A DNA stretch of 64,000 nt from Syntrophomonadaceae bacterium (GCA_012511795.1 JAAZFJ010000162.1:66-64065); one strand, 5' to 3'. Counted from the first letter of the stretch, positions 26,633-36,312 are shown. Numbers and translations are program-made. Notes: generated by a model not told the origin, from the sequence alone.

Positions 26633-26675
26633 AAAGGCTGGTTTTGGAATGTTCCTGGACCAGCTTTTCTTTTAT
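26633..26675 (+). terminator. Probable terminator after the acidic-repeat gene
   Basis: GCTGGT ... ACCAGC stem, extendable by A-T and G-T pairs, followed by TTTTCTTTT. Confidence 0.5.
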
Positions 26676-26785
26676 TTACTAAACTTATCAACTAACATAC
26701 ACTCAATAGTCAAAGCCACAAACTAGCACTTTTTAATCTATAGTACCATAAAATAGAAATAGAACAGGCAAAGGAGGTTTCCGAT

Positions 26786-28648
26786 TTGCGTAAAGCGCTG
26801 ATTAGACTGGAGGATGTAGGTCCGGGGGGACCTTATTATTCCTATGAGAATTTACGAAAATTAAGAATAATTGGAGATTATCTTCAATCGGAAGGGGTTT
26901 GTTTTCACATTTCCTTGATTCCACATTATATGGATCCTCCTGCTGGTTATAGTAAATCGATCGATGAATTGGATGACATTTTTGTCAGGCATTTTAATGA
27001 GACAATAAATTATTTGAATCACTGCAGTTCGGGGAAAGCAGTTGGCATGCATGGATATACACATCAGTATAAACGATCGATAAGTGCTGTTGGAGATGAA
27101 TTTTTTAGTTCTGACTGCATAGCTGATTGTCCCCCGGATGATTCTTGGGAAGCATCTTCAGACCGGGAAGCATTTCTCAGTTCCTATGCTTCCAGCAGAA
27201 TGAAGGCAGGCTACGAATGTTTCAAGCAATCAAATATTCCGCTGAGCTGGGGATTTTCAACTCCCCATTATACAGCATCAGCTGCTCAAAGGGAGATCAT
27301 GGAAGCATGGTCAGGGATTTTCTATGAAAATAATCCCTGGGGTGGTGGATCGACCAGTGTAAACATAATAGACAAAGAAGCTGCCTTTTACCGGGGAGTG
27401 ATTTATATTCCAACCTCTCTTTACTATGTGGACGGACTACAGGCAGAAAAGGATATTGCCCGAATAATAAAGACTATTGATGGCTATGGAGAAAATGAAC
27501 TGGCATCATTTTTTTATCACCCCTATTTGGAATTTGGATTTATTGAATTGACTGAATCTGGATATACCTACAAAGAGAATTCTTATTTAAAGAGACTGAT
27601 TCGGGCTTTTAAGGAAAGAGGCTATACTTTTGTTTCCATACTGAGTTTAATTGATTTTGTTCCATCTTCAAGGGAAACCAGCTTTTTTTCCGGTATTGAA
27701 AAACAAATTATGACCGGTTCGTTGATCGATACCGGGAAAAGCGGCTTAGTAGTCTGGTCTATTGCTAATGGATACTGGTATTACTGTCCCTGTTTACTGG
27801 AAAATTTTCCTGCCCGGCAAGCTGATAAGCAGGTTTTTGGGGATATACTCATGTTGTCTCATTGGGCAGTAGGCACTGGTTGGGTTCCTTTAATAGGTGA
27901 TATAGACGGAGATGGGTATGATGATGTAGTAGTCTGGGACTTTCAACATGGTCAGTGGCAGGCAGCCTTGAGTGATAGTGAAAGACTAATCCCGCATCCG
28001 GGTCAGGCAGGGGATTTTATATGGTTAAGAGATTGGGCCAGGGGAAGAGAGTGGCACCCTCTTATTGGAGATTTCAACGGAGATGGGAGGGCTGATCTGT
28101 TGGTTTGGTATCCGTCAACAGGTGAATGGCAGGTGGCATTAAGCAATGGGAATGCATTTATTCCTGCACCGGGACCCGGAGATTTCATTTGGCTTAAGCC
28201 ATGGGCCAAAGGGGATGAGTGGGTACCTTTAATAGGTGATTTTAATGGTGATGGCAGGGACGATATTGTGGTTTGGAATCCGAATACCGGCGAATGGCAG
28301 GTGGCTTTCAGTGAGGGAGACCGTTTTGTACCAGGCCCTTTGGAACAGCCTGTCTGGTTAAACAATTGGGGCCGGGGAGGGCAGTGGACACCTCTGGTGG
28401 GAGATTTTAACGGTGACGGCAAAAGTGATATTTTAGTGGTTAATCGAATTTTAGGAGACTGGCAAGTTGCTCTAAGTGATGGAAACAGGTTCAAGCCGAC
28501 TGGTAATGCACATTATCCCTGGTCAGCAGATGCTGATATGCAGCCATTAGTTGCTGATTTGAATAAAGATGGCAAATCTGCCTTACTGGCATATCATCCG
28601 TTTATAAGAAATGGCACCATTGATGTTGCAGTTTCTGTAATTGAGTAA
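26786..28648 (+). CDS. DUF2334/polysaccharide-deacetylase-like N-domain fused to a 5-6-bladed FG-GAP/VCBS-type repeat propeller
   Basis: TTG 26786 lies 8 nt after AGGAGG. The C-terminal half has repeats of the form W..G..W.PLIGDFNGDG..D..VW.P.TGEWQVA.S.G..F. No signal peptide is visible. Confidence 0.6.
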   Translation: MRKALIRLEDVGPGGPYYSYENLRKLRIIGDYLQSEGVCFHISLIPHYMDPPAGYSKSIDELDDIFVRHFNETINYLNHCSSGKAVGMHGYTHQYKRSISAVGDEFFSSDCIADCPPDDSWEASSDREAFLSSYASSRMKAGYECFKQSNIPLSWGFSTPHYTASAAQREIMEAWSGIFYENNPWGGGSTSVNIIDKEAAFYRGVIYIPTSLYYVDGLQAEKDIARIIKTIDGYGENELASFFYHPYLEFGFIELTESGYTYKENSYLKRLIRAFKERGYTFVSILSLIDFVPSSRETSFFSGIEKQIMTGSLIDTGKSGLVVWSIANGYWYYCPCLLENFPARQADKQVFGDILMLSHWAVGTGWVPLIGDIDGDGYDDVVVWDFQHGQWQAALSDSERLIPHPGQAGDFIWLRDWARGREWHPLIGDFNGDGRADLLVWYPSTGEWQVALSNGNAFIPAPGPGDFIWLKPWAKGDEWVPLIGDFNGDGRDDIVVWNPNTGEWQVAFSEGDRFVPGPLEQPVWLNNWGRGGQWTPLVGDFNGDGKSDILVVNRILGDWQVALSDGNRFKPTGNAHYPWSADADMQPLVADLNKDGKSALLAYHPFIRNGTIDVAVSVIE

Positions 28649-28779
28649 AGTTATATATTTAGTTACTCGGGAGGAAAGCACAGCTATTTTCTCTCGAGTT
28701 TTTATTGCCGTGCAATACTCTACTTATTAGATTAATTAAGTATAATAGTAAGAAGATTATTATCTGTAAGGAGTTATAC

Positions 28780-29556
28780 ATGCAAATACATATACTTGCC
28801 AGCGGTAGTACCGGAAATGCAGTCTTTGTACAAATGGGGCAGACAAAAGTTTTGATTGATGCGGGAATAAGCAACCGCAGAATAGAAAAAGGCCTTGGTG
28901 AACTGGGAATCAAGGTAAGCGATATAGACGGAATACTAATTACCCATGAACATATTGATCATGTTAAAGGTTTGGAGGTGCTGACACGTAAGTATAAAGT
29001 GCCCGTTTATACACGCTGCCGCACCTGGAAAAACATGAATTGTCTCGATAAGATACCCCCGGAATGTATTAAAGAAATAGAAAATCATATTAGCCTGGGA
29101 GGGCTTGATATAATCCCGTTTAATATTTCCCATGATGCCGCTGATCCAGTTGGTTATTGTATATACAATAAGAATAGAAAAATAGTTATAGCTACTGATT
29201 TTGGTATGGTTACCCCGGCCATTGAGAAAGCTCTGGCCTGTGCAGATTTTATAGTATTGGAAACGAATCATGATATAGATATGCTAAAAAACGGCCCTTA
29301 TCCACAGTTTTTAAAACAGCGTATCAGCAGCAGTAAGGGTCATTTATCAAACCGGCAGGCTGGACAGGTTCTGGCACGCATTCCGCTTAAAGCCCATACA
29401 CAAGTAATGCTGGCTCATTTAAGCCAGCAAAATAATTATCCCGCTTTGGCTGAAGAAACCGTAAAAAATATTTTAACCCATAGTGGGCTAACAGTTGATA
29501 AAGATATAATTTTACATCGCACATATCCCCAGAGGACAGCCAGTTTAGTTGTTTAA
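28780..29556 (+). CDS. MBL-fold metallo-hydrolase, YycJ/WalJ-like
   Basis: ATG 28780 follows AAGGAG. It has MQIHILASGSTGNA and the ITHEHIDH metal motif. Confidence 0.75.
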   Translation: MQIHILASGSTGNAVFVQMGQTKVLIDAGISNRRIEKGLGELGIKVSDIDGILITHEHIDHVKGLEVLTRKYKVPVYTRCRTWKNMNCLDKIPPECIKEIENHISLGGLDIIPFNISHDAADPVGYCIYNKNRKIVIATDFGMVTPAIEKALACADFIVLETNHDIDMLKNGPYPQFLKQRISSSKGHLSNRQAGQVLARIPLKAHTQVMLAHLSQQNNYPALAEETVKNILTHSGLTVDKDIILHRTYPQRTASLVV

Positions 29557-29584
29557 GCGGCAGGTTATATAAAAACAAAAACCG

Positions 29585-29612
29585 GGAAATTCCCGGTTTT
29601 TTATATGGTTGC
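29585..29612. terminator. Bidirectional terminator between convergent yycJ-like and ppiB genes
   Basis: AAAAACCGGGA-aat-TCCCGGTTTTTT, with an A-run and a T-run flanking a GC stem. Confidence 0.75.
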
Positions 29613-29616
29613 TCTG

Positions 29617-30138
29617 CTACATTTTTACCGGTTCGGGATAATCTATGCCAAAGCAATCCACGGTAACTTTTTTGATTTTTTGTTCATCATAAGGTTTATC
29701 TCTAAAGTCCCGGGGTGTACTTACTATTTGGTCTGCTGTTTCCATTCCTTCGATAACTGCACCAAAAGCTGCATAATCCCCGTCTAAATGAGGTGCTTTC
29801 TCTACCATAATAAAAAATTGAGAACCGGCAGAGTTGGGGTTGGTTGACCTGGCCATGGATATGGTACCCTTTTCATGCTTCAATTTATTATTAAAGTTAT
29901 TACGGGGAAATTCACCTTTGATCCGATAACCAGGTTCGCCGGTACCTGTACCTTGGGGACAGCCGCCCTGAATCATAAAACCTGGTATTACACGGTGAAA
30001 AATCAGGCCATCATAAAAACCTAATTTAATTAATGAAATAAAATTATTGACGGTGTTGGGCGCTGTTTCCGGATACAGTTCTATTTTTATCTGGCCGCCG
30101 TTTTCCATTTCAATAGTTACTACAGGATTTTTTTGCAT
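29617..30138 (-). CDS. ppiB: Cyclophilin-type peptidyl-prolyl cis-trans isomerase
   Basis: It has FHRVIPGFMIQGG and SMARSTNPNSAGSQFFI. Confidence 0.9.
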   Translation of the reverse strand: MQKNPVVTIEMENGGQIKIELYPETAPNTVNNFISLIKLGFYDGLIFHRVIPGFMIQGGCPQGTGTGEPGYRIKGEFPRNNFNNKLKHEKGTISMARSTNPNSAGSQFFIMVEKAPHLDGDYAAFGAVIEGMETADQIVSTPRDFRDKPYDEQKIKKVTVDCFGIDYPEPVKM

Positions 30139-30228
30139 TTAAACTACCTCTCTTTTTATTTTTTAAAATATAGACATTTATAGTTTAACAAAGAACTGCA
30201 ACATTAAACAAAAATGCTGGTTAATGTT

Positions 30229-30345
30229 TCAATTATAAAATGATAACCAGCCGCTTTTAATGTAAAAAACCAAGGCGGCAGTAAAACTTAGAAATGTAAT
30301 AACAATAAGTAAGGTAACTATTTTTTTGAGACTTATGCCGAACAT
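30229..30345 (-). CDS. Unannotated 38-aa single-TM peptide translationally coupled to the DUF1700 gene
   Basis: On the minus strand the sequence reads CAGGAGGATTTTTAAATG. The ATG (30345-30343) directly follows the TAA of the upstream gene and lies 8 nt after AGGAGG. The product is MFGISLKKIVTLLIVITFLSFTAALVFYIKSGWLSFYN. It is below the ORF-track size cut-off. Confidence 0.45.
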   Translation of the reverse strand: MFGISLKKIVTLLIVITFLSFTAALVFYIKSGWLSFYN

Positions 30346-30936
30346 TTAAAAATCCTCCTGTTTTAAACTGCCTAAATGGAACCTTAAATGCTTTAAGGTT
30401 CCCAGATAAAAAATCCTGGCCAAGATATAATCTCCCACCAAAAATAGTAATCCAAAGGAGACCAAGCCTATAGAAAGGAAAAGAGTACCGATTCGCGTTA
30501 CATTATCAGCATATAAATCAGGCGGAATACTAATAACAGGTATAACTGGATAGGAAAACACACCTGATAAAACCACTGCTCCAATAAAGCTGACTCCTAA
30601 TCCTGCAATAAAGAGAGCCAGCAAAGCCCCAATCAAGCCTAAAAAGGGACCAAAGAAAAAAGCCAGGTTAAAAACACCCAGCCCCATTGAACCAAGGACT
30701 GCCTTAAAAATGTTCTTAACGGTTGTATCTGCTTCTGCCTTTTCAACTAAATAATTGGCAGTAAGATAACGGGCAATGGTTTTTGGATTGCCTAAAAAAG
30801 CGATGATCTCATCTTCGGTCTTACCTGAATTCATATTTAAGAGGAAGTGTTCACGATATTTAGCAATTAATAATCGTCTATTCCGCTCGGGCAGTTCCTT
30901 TAGAAACTGTTCCAGTTCAGCTAAAAAATTATCCAA
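30346..30936 (-). CDS. DUF1700-family membrane protein
   Basis: It has the N-terminal helical region MDNFLAELEQFLKELPERNRRLLIAKYREHF followed by C-terminal TM segments. Confidence 0.6.
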   Translation of the reverse strand: MDNFLAELEQFLKELPERNRRLLIAKYREHFLLNMNSGKTEDEIIAFLGNPKTIARYLTANYLVEKAEADTTVKNIFKAVLGSMGLGVFNLAFFFGPFLGLIGALLALFIAGLGVSFIGAVVLSGVFSYPVIPVISIPPDLYADNVTRIGTLFLSIGLVSFGLLFLVGDYILARIFYLGTLKHLRFHLGSLKQEDF

Positions 30937-31061
30937 GCAAATCCACCTTCCAACAACCGATCAATTTGTTAGTCCTTTGCTATAAAATACCATATAAACA
31001 TGAAATAAGGTAGTTAAAAGGTAATTATTCTATTTATACAAATTTCAATTTATGAATAACT

Positions 31062-32438
31062 CTAAGCGAAGTTATTCTGAATAGTCTTGTCGACCCATTT
31101 ATTGATCCATGAATGCTGGGGAGGGAAAAACTGATTATCAGCCGGTGAATAATAATAGGAATTTAAATAGTGCTTTTTGTTTTCACTGATTCGGTATAAA
31201 TAATTTATTATTTTATCCACTTCTGATCTGGTATTATAAGCGCCGAAACTTATACGGACCATGCCGGGAATTTTATATTGCTGCCGGTTTTCAATAAGTG
31301 AGATATAATTACTGTTTTCATCATGATTTAGTAATTTGCGGACATAATTCTGGGCACAAAAACAACCGGTTCGGGTTCCAATACCTGTTTCATAGCAAAG
31401 GATTGCCCCTACCAGTGCATGGGGAATCCCAGCCAGATTAAAACTGATGACACCGACTCTGGGGCCGGTACCGTAAATTGTAATATTGGGGATTTGTTTT
31501 AGTTTGTCTATGGTATAGTCAGTCAAGGACCTTTCATATGCAGAGATATTATGCATACCAATACCTTCCAGGTAACCAAGTGTTTTGGCTAGAGCAAAGG
31601 TTCCTGCTACATTGGGTGAACCGGCTTCTTCCCGTTCAGGCAGGTCTGCCCACCATACCTTATCTTTAAAGACCAGCTTAACCATGCCGCCACCTGCATA
31701 TTCTGGATCTCCTTGCAGGAAAAGTTTTTTGGGACCAATTAGACAGCCGGAACCGAAGGGCGCATAAATTTTGTGACCTGAGAAGGCTAAAAAATCAATA
31801 TGCATTGGATTACGGTCATCTTTCATATCTATTGGGTGATGAGGAATAAGCTGAGCTGCATCAACCAATATTGGAGTACCATACTTATGAGCTAAAGCAG
31901 CTATTTGGTGGATATCGTTTAATTGCCCGGTAACATTGGAGGCTCCGCAAATTGCCACCAGTTTGACCCGTGGATAATATCGGCGAAGTTTATTTTCTAA
32001 TTCAGTTTGACATAGTAATCCTTCCTGGTTTAAGCCAATGTATTCAACTTTTGCTTTTTGGCGCCAGGGAAGGTCATTGGAGTGATGTTCCATAACGGAA
32101 CTTATCACAATATCCCCTTTACTTAATTGCAGCCGATAAGCCAATTTATTGATTGCTTCAGTAGTGTTTTTAACCATTATTACAGTATTGTTTTCAAGAT
32201 CTACATTCACAAAACGGCCAATTGTTTGGTAACATTGGTCATATGTTTTCGAAGCTACCAGGGACTTGAACCCACTTCCGCGATGTACACCGGCATACCA
32301 CTGCATAAAAGATTCCGTCTCTTTAATTACTGAAAATAAAGGTGGGGTACTGGCCGCATTATCAAAATTAATATAGTTTACACGCTTTTTTTTAGTGGTG
32401 GGAACTTTGCAATTGATACCAAGTATATTTTTTCTCAA
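31062..32438 (-). CDS. Class V aminotransferase-fold PLP enzyme, SufS/CsdA/selenocysteine-lyase-like cysteine desulfurase
   Basis: It has PLP-Lys context FSGHKIYAPFGSG and Cys-loop context TRTGCFCAQNY, in a 458-aa protein. The start (TTG 32438) has no clear RBS and is uncertain. Confidence 0.65.
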   Translation of the reverse strand: MRKNILGINCKVPTTKKKRVNYINFDNAASTPPLFSVIKETESFMQWYAGVHRGSGFKSLVASKTYDQCYQTIGRFVNVDLENNTVIMVKNTTEAINKLAYRLQLSKGDIVISSVMEHHSNDLPWRQKAKVEYIGLNQEGLLCQTELENKLRRYYPRVKLVAICGASNVTGQLNDIHQIAALAHKYGTPILVDAAQLIPHHPIDMKDDRNPMHIDFLAFSGHKIYAPFGSGCLIGPKKLFLQGDPEYAGGGMVKLVFKDKVWWADLPEREEAGSPNVAGTFALAKTLGYLEGIGMHNISAYERSLTDYTIDKLKQIPNITIYGTGPRVGVISFNLAGIPHALVGAILCYETGIGTRTGCFCAQNYVRKLLNHDENSNYISLIENRQQYKIPGMVRISFGAYNTRSEVDKIINYLYRISENKKHYLNSYYYSPADNQFFPPQHSWINKWVDKTIQNNFA

Positions 32439-32565
32439 AAATTGAGGATCAAATTGCCTGGTGTTGATTTAGAACACTCCCCATGTACATTGTTTATATA
32501 CATTCTATGAATATCTTTGAGATTTGCCACTGTATATAAACAAGTGAGCAGGGGTTACCTTCTTT

Positions 32566-33045
32566 TCAAATAAATAGCTGCATATTTGCATTTAAAGCAC
32601 TTTCAAGGTATTCTTTTACATCAACTACCTTTACTCCTTCCAGCAATTCTTCTTGGGTGAATCCCATTACTTCCAGAGATAATTTACAAGCCAGGAATTC
32701 TACTCCTTTATTCCGCGCACCATTTAAAAAATCAATTAAGCGGGGAGTATCATTTTCGTCCATCATTTCCAATAACATAGATTTGCCGACACCTGCCATA
32801 TTCATCCTGGATAAAGGCAATTCCTCGGCTTGTTTGGGAGTCATAGCCGCAAACATCTTTTCATAGAGTGACTTATCTTCGTCAGTCATACGCCCGGGAT
32901 CTCTTAATAATAATAATCCCCAGAAAGCAAAAAACATTTTAACCTCCACATTCAGCTCTCTGGCACCGTTGGCAATTATCAAAGCTGCCAATGCTTTATC
33001 GTAATCTCCGCTGAAAATCACCATATTTAAAGATTTATCGATCAT
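32566..33045 (-). CDS. DsrE/DsrF/DrsH-like family protein
   Basis: 159-aa protein with MVIFSGDYDKALAALIIANGA, AFWGL and FLACKLSLEVMG (single conserved Cys context). RBS GGAGGG lies upstream. Confidence 0.6.
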   Translation of the reverse strand: MIDKSLNMVIFSGDYDKALAALIIANGARELNVEVKMFFAFWGLLLLRDPGRMTDEDKSLYEKMFAAMTPKQAEELPLSRMNMAGVGKSMLLEMMDENDTPRLIDFLNGARNKGVEFLACKLSLEVMGFTQEELLEGVKVVDVKEYLESALNANMQLFI

Positions 33046-33301
33046 GGAACCCTCCTAACCGAATTTAGCTGCAAGTATTTATTTGGAATTAAATAACCTA
33101 AGCAAAATAATTTGTTAAAATAAATAACAGGACCAAAAAGTAAAGAATCTTAGATTTTTATAAAGTTTTTTCGGGTAATCTACTAATAATCAATTCAAGC
33201 ATATTATTGTCATTGGAATACTCTGGGTATGTAAAAGGGTTTTTATTATGTAGTGACTAAAAAGTAATCGTGATGTAGTATAATTACAGCTAAATGTTTA
33301 T

Positions 33302-33658
33302 TTACAAATATGCCCCGTGAGTACTTAATATTTTTTTTGCTTTTTCCAACTGGGTGTCATCTGTTACAACAGTTAATAAGTAAGAAGCCTTTAGCATAGA
33401 ATCATGACCTGATATACCGCTTACTGAAGGGTCTGCTGCTAATAAGGGACCATAACTCTGATCATGAGTTCCTCTTCCCAATACTTTGGAAGATAAATTA
33501 TATCTGACGGTATTTATATGGCTTTGAGGATACTCTGATACAAAAGATAATTGAATATCATGAAAACCATTGGACTGTAAAGAACCCATAGCTATCAGGG
33601 CATCATCCTCATTAGCGAAATAAGTCATTAAAGAACTTTCACCAGGGTTAAGCTGCAA
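33302..33658 (-). CDS. Hypothetical 118-aa protein
   Basis: TTG start lies 7 nt after GGAGG. No family confidently recognised. Confidence 0.4.
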   Translation of the reverse strand: MQLNPGESSLMTYFANEDDALIAMGSLQSNGFHDIQLSFVSEYPQSHINTVRYNLSSKVLGRGTHDQSYGPLLAADPSVSGISGHDSMLKASYLLTVVTDDTQLEKAKKILSTHGAYL

Positions 33659-33748
33659 AGAAAGAACCTCCTTTTTTCTTAGTACCTTGGTAACAGTTTT
33701 GCCAGTAGTTTAATTAAATATGTGAATAATAAAATAGGAGTGAAATCG

Positions 33749-35431
33749 GTGAATGCTATTGAGACCAATAAAAAGAATATTCAGGCTATCGTAAATGAAG
33801 CCCTCAGGTCAGCTCAGCAAAAGGGATTATTATCCTTTCAAGATATACCAGACTATGTTATTGAAGTTCCCAGGGAAAAAGAGCATGGGGATTTTGCCTC
33901 CAATGTAGCATTGCTGATGGCCCGGCAGGCGCGCATGTCTCCTAAAGCCATTGCCGGTATTATTATGGACGAAATTTCACTGGATAAAATACAGGAATTA
34001 GAAAAGATAGAAGTGGCAGGTGCCGGTTTTATAAATTTCTTCCTGAATAATAGCTGGCTTTTTGAAATACCTGTCCAAATCGTTAAAATGGGAAATAAAT
34101 ACGGATATAATGACTATTTAAACCGTAAAGTGCAGGTGGAGTTTGTCAGTGCTAATCCTACCGGAAATCTGCATATGGGTAATGCCCGGGGTGGAGCCAT
34201 AGGTGATACCTTGGCTAATATTTTACAAAGGGCAGGTTATGATGTAGAGCGGGAATTTTATGTGAATGATGCAGGGAACCAAATCGAGATCTTTGCGGAA
34301 TCTCTGGAAGCCAGATATTTACAGCTGACCGGAAATGATATTAAATTCCCTGATAATGGTTACGCAGGGCAGGACGTAATTCAAACAGTTAAAAACATAA
34401 TTAGAGAAAAAGGTAATAGTCTGGTTGAGATGGATAGTGAGACCAGACGTAAAATTATTGTAGAATATGCTTTGCAAGAAAAAATTGATTATATTAAAGC
34501 AACTTTAAAAGCCTTTGGTATAGAATATGATCATTGGTTTAGCGAGCAGAGTCTTCATGATTCCGGCAAGGTAGAGGAAGTAATTAAATGGCTTACTGAC
34601 CAAGGATTCATATATGAGCATGAAGGTGCACTATGGTTTAAATCGGTTCAGTATGGCGATGAAAAGGATGAAGTAATAAAAAGGGCCAATGGATTAACTA
34701 CTTACTTTGCTGCTGATATTGCTTACCATAAGGATAAATTTGAACGAGGTTTTGATTGGGTGATAAATGTCTGGGGGGCAGACCATCATGGCCATGTGGC
34801 ACGAATGAAAGGTGCTATGCAGGCATTAGGGCTTGACCCCGCTAAGCTGGATATTTTATTGATGCAGTTAGTGAGATTGTATCGGGGTGGAAACATTGTT
34901 CGTATGTCTAAGAGAACTGGTACCACGATTTCATTGGATGAACTGATAGAAGAAGTCGGCAAAGATGCTGCCCGCTTCTTTTTTGTGATGCGCAGCCCGG
35001 ACAGCCATTTGGATTTTGATATGCAGCTGGCTAAAGAAAAAAGTCAGGAAAATCCGGTTTATTATGTGCAATATGCCCATGCACGAATCTGCAGTATTTT
35101 CAGACAAGCTGCTGCAGCCGGTGTTAAAATGGCTTCTGTAGAGGAAATTGATTCTACCCTGCTGAATAGCCAGGAAGAAATTGATCTCTTGCGCAGGATT
35201 GCTGATTTCCCCGATGAAATTTTGATTGCAGCAAGGACTCTGTCTCCCCACAGAATAGCTCGTTATGTCCTTGATGTGGCCGGGCTGTTTCACAGTTTTT
35301 ATAATCATCATCGCGTTCTTACTAATGATGAGCCTTTACAAAACGCCAGATTGCTTTTAATGCAAGTTACTCAAATAACGCTGAAAAATGCTTTGGATAC
35401 TTTGGGAGTATCTGCCCCAGAACAAATGTAA
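33749..35431 (+). CDS. argS: Arginine--tRNA ligase
   Basis: GTG 33749 lies 8 nt after AGGAG, whereas the ORF-track start is 33722. It has the HIGH-type motif [13 protein letters not shown] and the KMSKS-type motif MSKRTG. Confidence 0.9.
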   Translation: MNAIETNKKNIQAIVNEALRSAQQKGLLSFQDIPDYVIEVPREKEHGDFASNVALLMARQARMSPKAIAGIIMDEISLDKIQELEKIEVAGAGFINFFLNNSWLFEIPVQIVKMGNKYGYNDYLNRKVQVEFVSANPTGNLHMGNARGGAIGDTLANILQRAGYDVEREFYVNDAGNQIEIFAESLEARYLQLTGNDIKFPDNGYAGQDVIQTVKNIIREKGNSLVEMDSETRRKIIVEYALQEKIDYIKATLKAFGIEYDHWFSEQSLHDSGKVEEVIKWLTDQGFIYEHEGALWFKSVQYGDEKDEVIKRANGLTTYFAADIAYHKDKFERGFDWVINVWGADHHGHVARMKGAMQALGLDPAKLDILLMQLVRLYRGGNIVRMSKRTGTTISLDELIEEVGKDAARFFFVMRSPDSHLDFDMQLAKEKSQENPVYYVQYAHARICSIFRQAAAAGVKMASVEEIDSTLLNSQEEIDLLRRIADFPDEILIAARTLSPHRIARYVLDVAGLFHSFYNHHRVLTNDEPLQNARLLLMQVTQITLKNALDTLGVSAPEQM

Positions 35432-35442
35432 GGAGGGATTTC

Positions 35443-35670
35443 ATGGTTCCAAGAAAAAAAAGCGAGGCCGACTGGGCAGTAGAAATTCTAAAAGAAAAAC
35501 AGGAAGCTGTTTTTTATCTTGATCTTATCAGTGCTATTGCTGATAAAATGGGCAAAAAGAAGAATAGTCTTGTTTTTTCTTCTATTAATACTCGCTTAAA
35601 CATGGACAATCGTTTAGTCTACCAGGGTGAAGGATATTGGTTTTATGACAGGAACCGGGTTAAGGAGTGA
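35443..35670 (+). CDS. rpoE: RNA polymerase delta-subunit-like HARE-HTH protein (75 aa, no acidic tail)
   Basis: AVEILKEKQEAVFYLDLISAIADKMG...GEGYWFY resembles the RpoE N-domain. It lies upstream of pyrG, as in Bacillus. Confidence 0.55.
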   Translation: MVPRKKSEADWAVEILKEKQEAVFYLDLISAIADKMGKKKNSLVFSSINTRLNMDNRLVYQGEGYWFYDRNRVKE

Positions 35671-35676
35671 TTACTG

Positions 35677-36312
35677 ATGAAGATAAGATGGTTAGGACAT
35701 GCTTGTTTTCTGTTAGAAACTGAAAAATTTAAGATCATTACAGATCCTTTTAATAAAGAAGTCGGGTATCCAGTGATTAATGTTACAGCTGATGTGGTGA
35801 CAATAAGTCACGACCATTGGGATCACAATGCTGCACAATTGGTAGGCGGCAGCCCGATGATTATAGACCAAGAAGGAAGCTTCACATACCAGGAAATACA
35901 GATAAAAGGAATTGGTTCTTATCATGATGATGTCCAGGGAAAAAAACGGGGGACTAACATCATGTATAAAATATCAACTGAAGGAATGACCTTACTTCAC
36001 CTAGGGGATCTGGGCCATTTACTTTCTGATCAGCAAGTCAGGGAGATAGGCGAAATAGATATATTGTTTTTACCAGTAGGGGGCAATTATACAATTGATG
36101 CCAGGGAAGCTTACAAAATTACAGAGTTGTTAAAACCAAGAATTATAATACCAATGCACTTTAAGACTCCGGCGATTTCATTTGATATAGATCCTGTAGA
36201 AGCTTTTACAGGCTATTTTGAGAAAGTGATTAAAAAACCATTTTTGCAAATCGATGAATTAAGCCCTGATTATTCTACCCAGGTAATTGTTCTTGATTAT
36301 CCGGTAAATTAA
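35677..36312 (+). CDS. MBL-fold metal-dependent hydrolase (UPF0173-like)
   Basis: MKIRWLGHACFLLE...ISHDHWDHN. Confidence 0.7.
   Translation: MKIRWLGHACFLLETEKFKIITDPFNKEVGYPVINVTADVVTISHDHWDHNAAQLVGGSPMIIDQEGSFTYQEIQIKGIGSYHDDVQGKKRGTNIMYKISTEGMTLLHLGDLGHLLSDQQVREIGEIDILFLPVGGNYTIDAREAYKITELLKPRIIIPMHFKTPAISFDIDPVEAFTGYFEKVIKKPFLQIDELSPDYSTQVIVLDYPVN

Noticed and set aside
28003-28494. A 163-aa minus-strand ORF antisense to the FG-GAP repeat region
   Set aside because: It lies entirely inside a well-supported plus-strand gene. Its own repetitive PSPLKSP pattern is simply the mirror image of the sense-strand repeats. It has no RBS.
32494-32568. Possible Sec read-through of the TGA stop of the DsrE-like gene (DsrE-like selenoproteins are known)
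   Set aside because: Read-through would add only 23 codons (KEGNPCSLVYIQWQISKIFIECI) before a TAA. The conserved Cys is already present inside the protein (FLACK), and I saw no SECIS-like hairpin.
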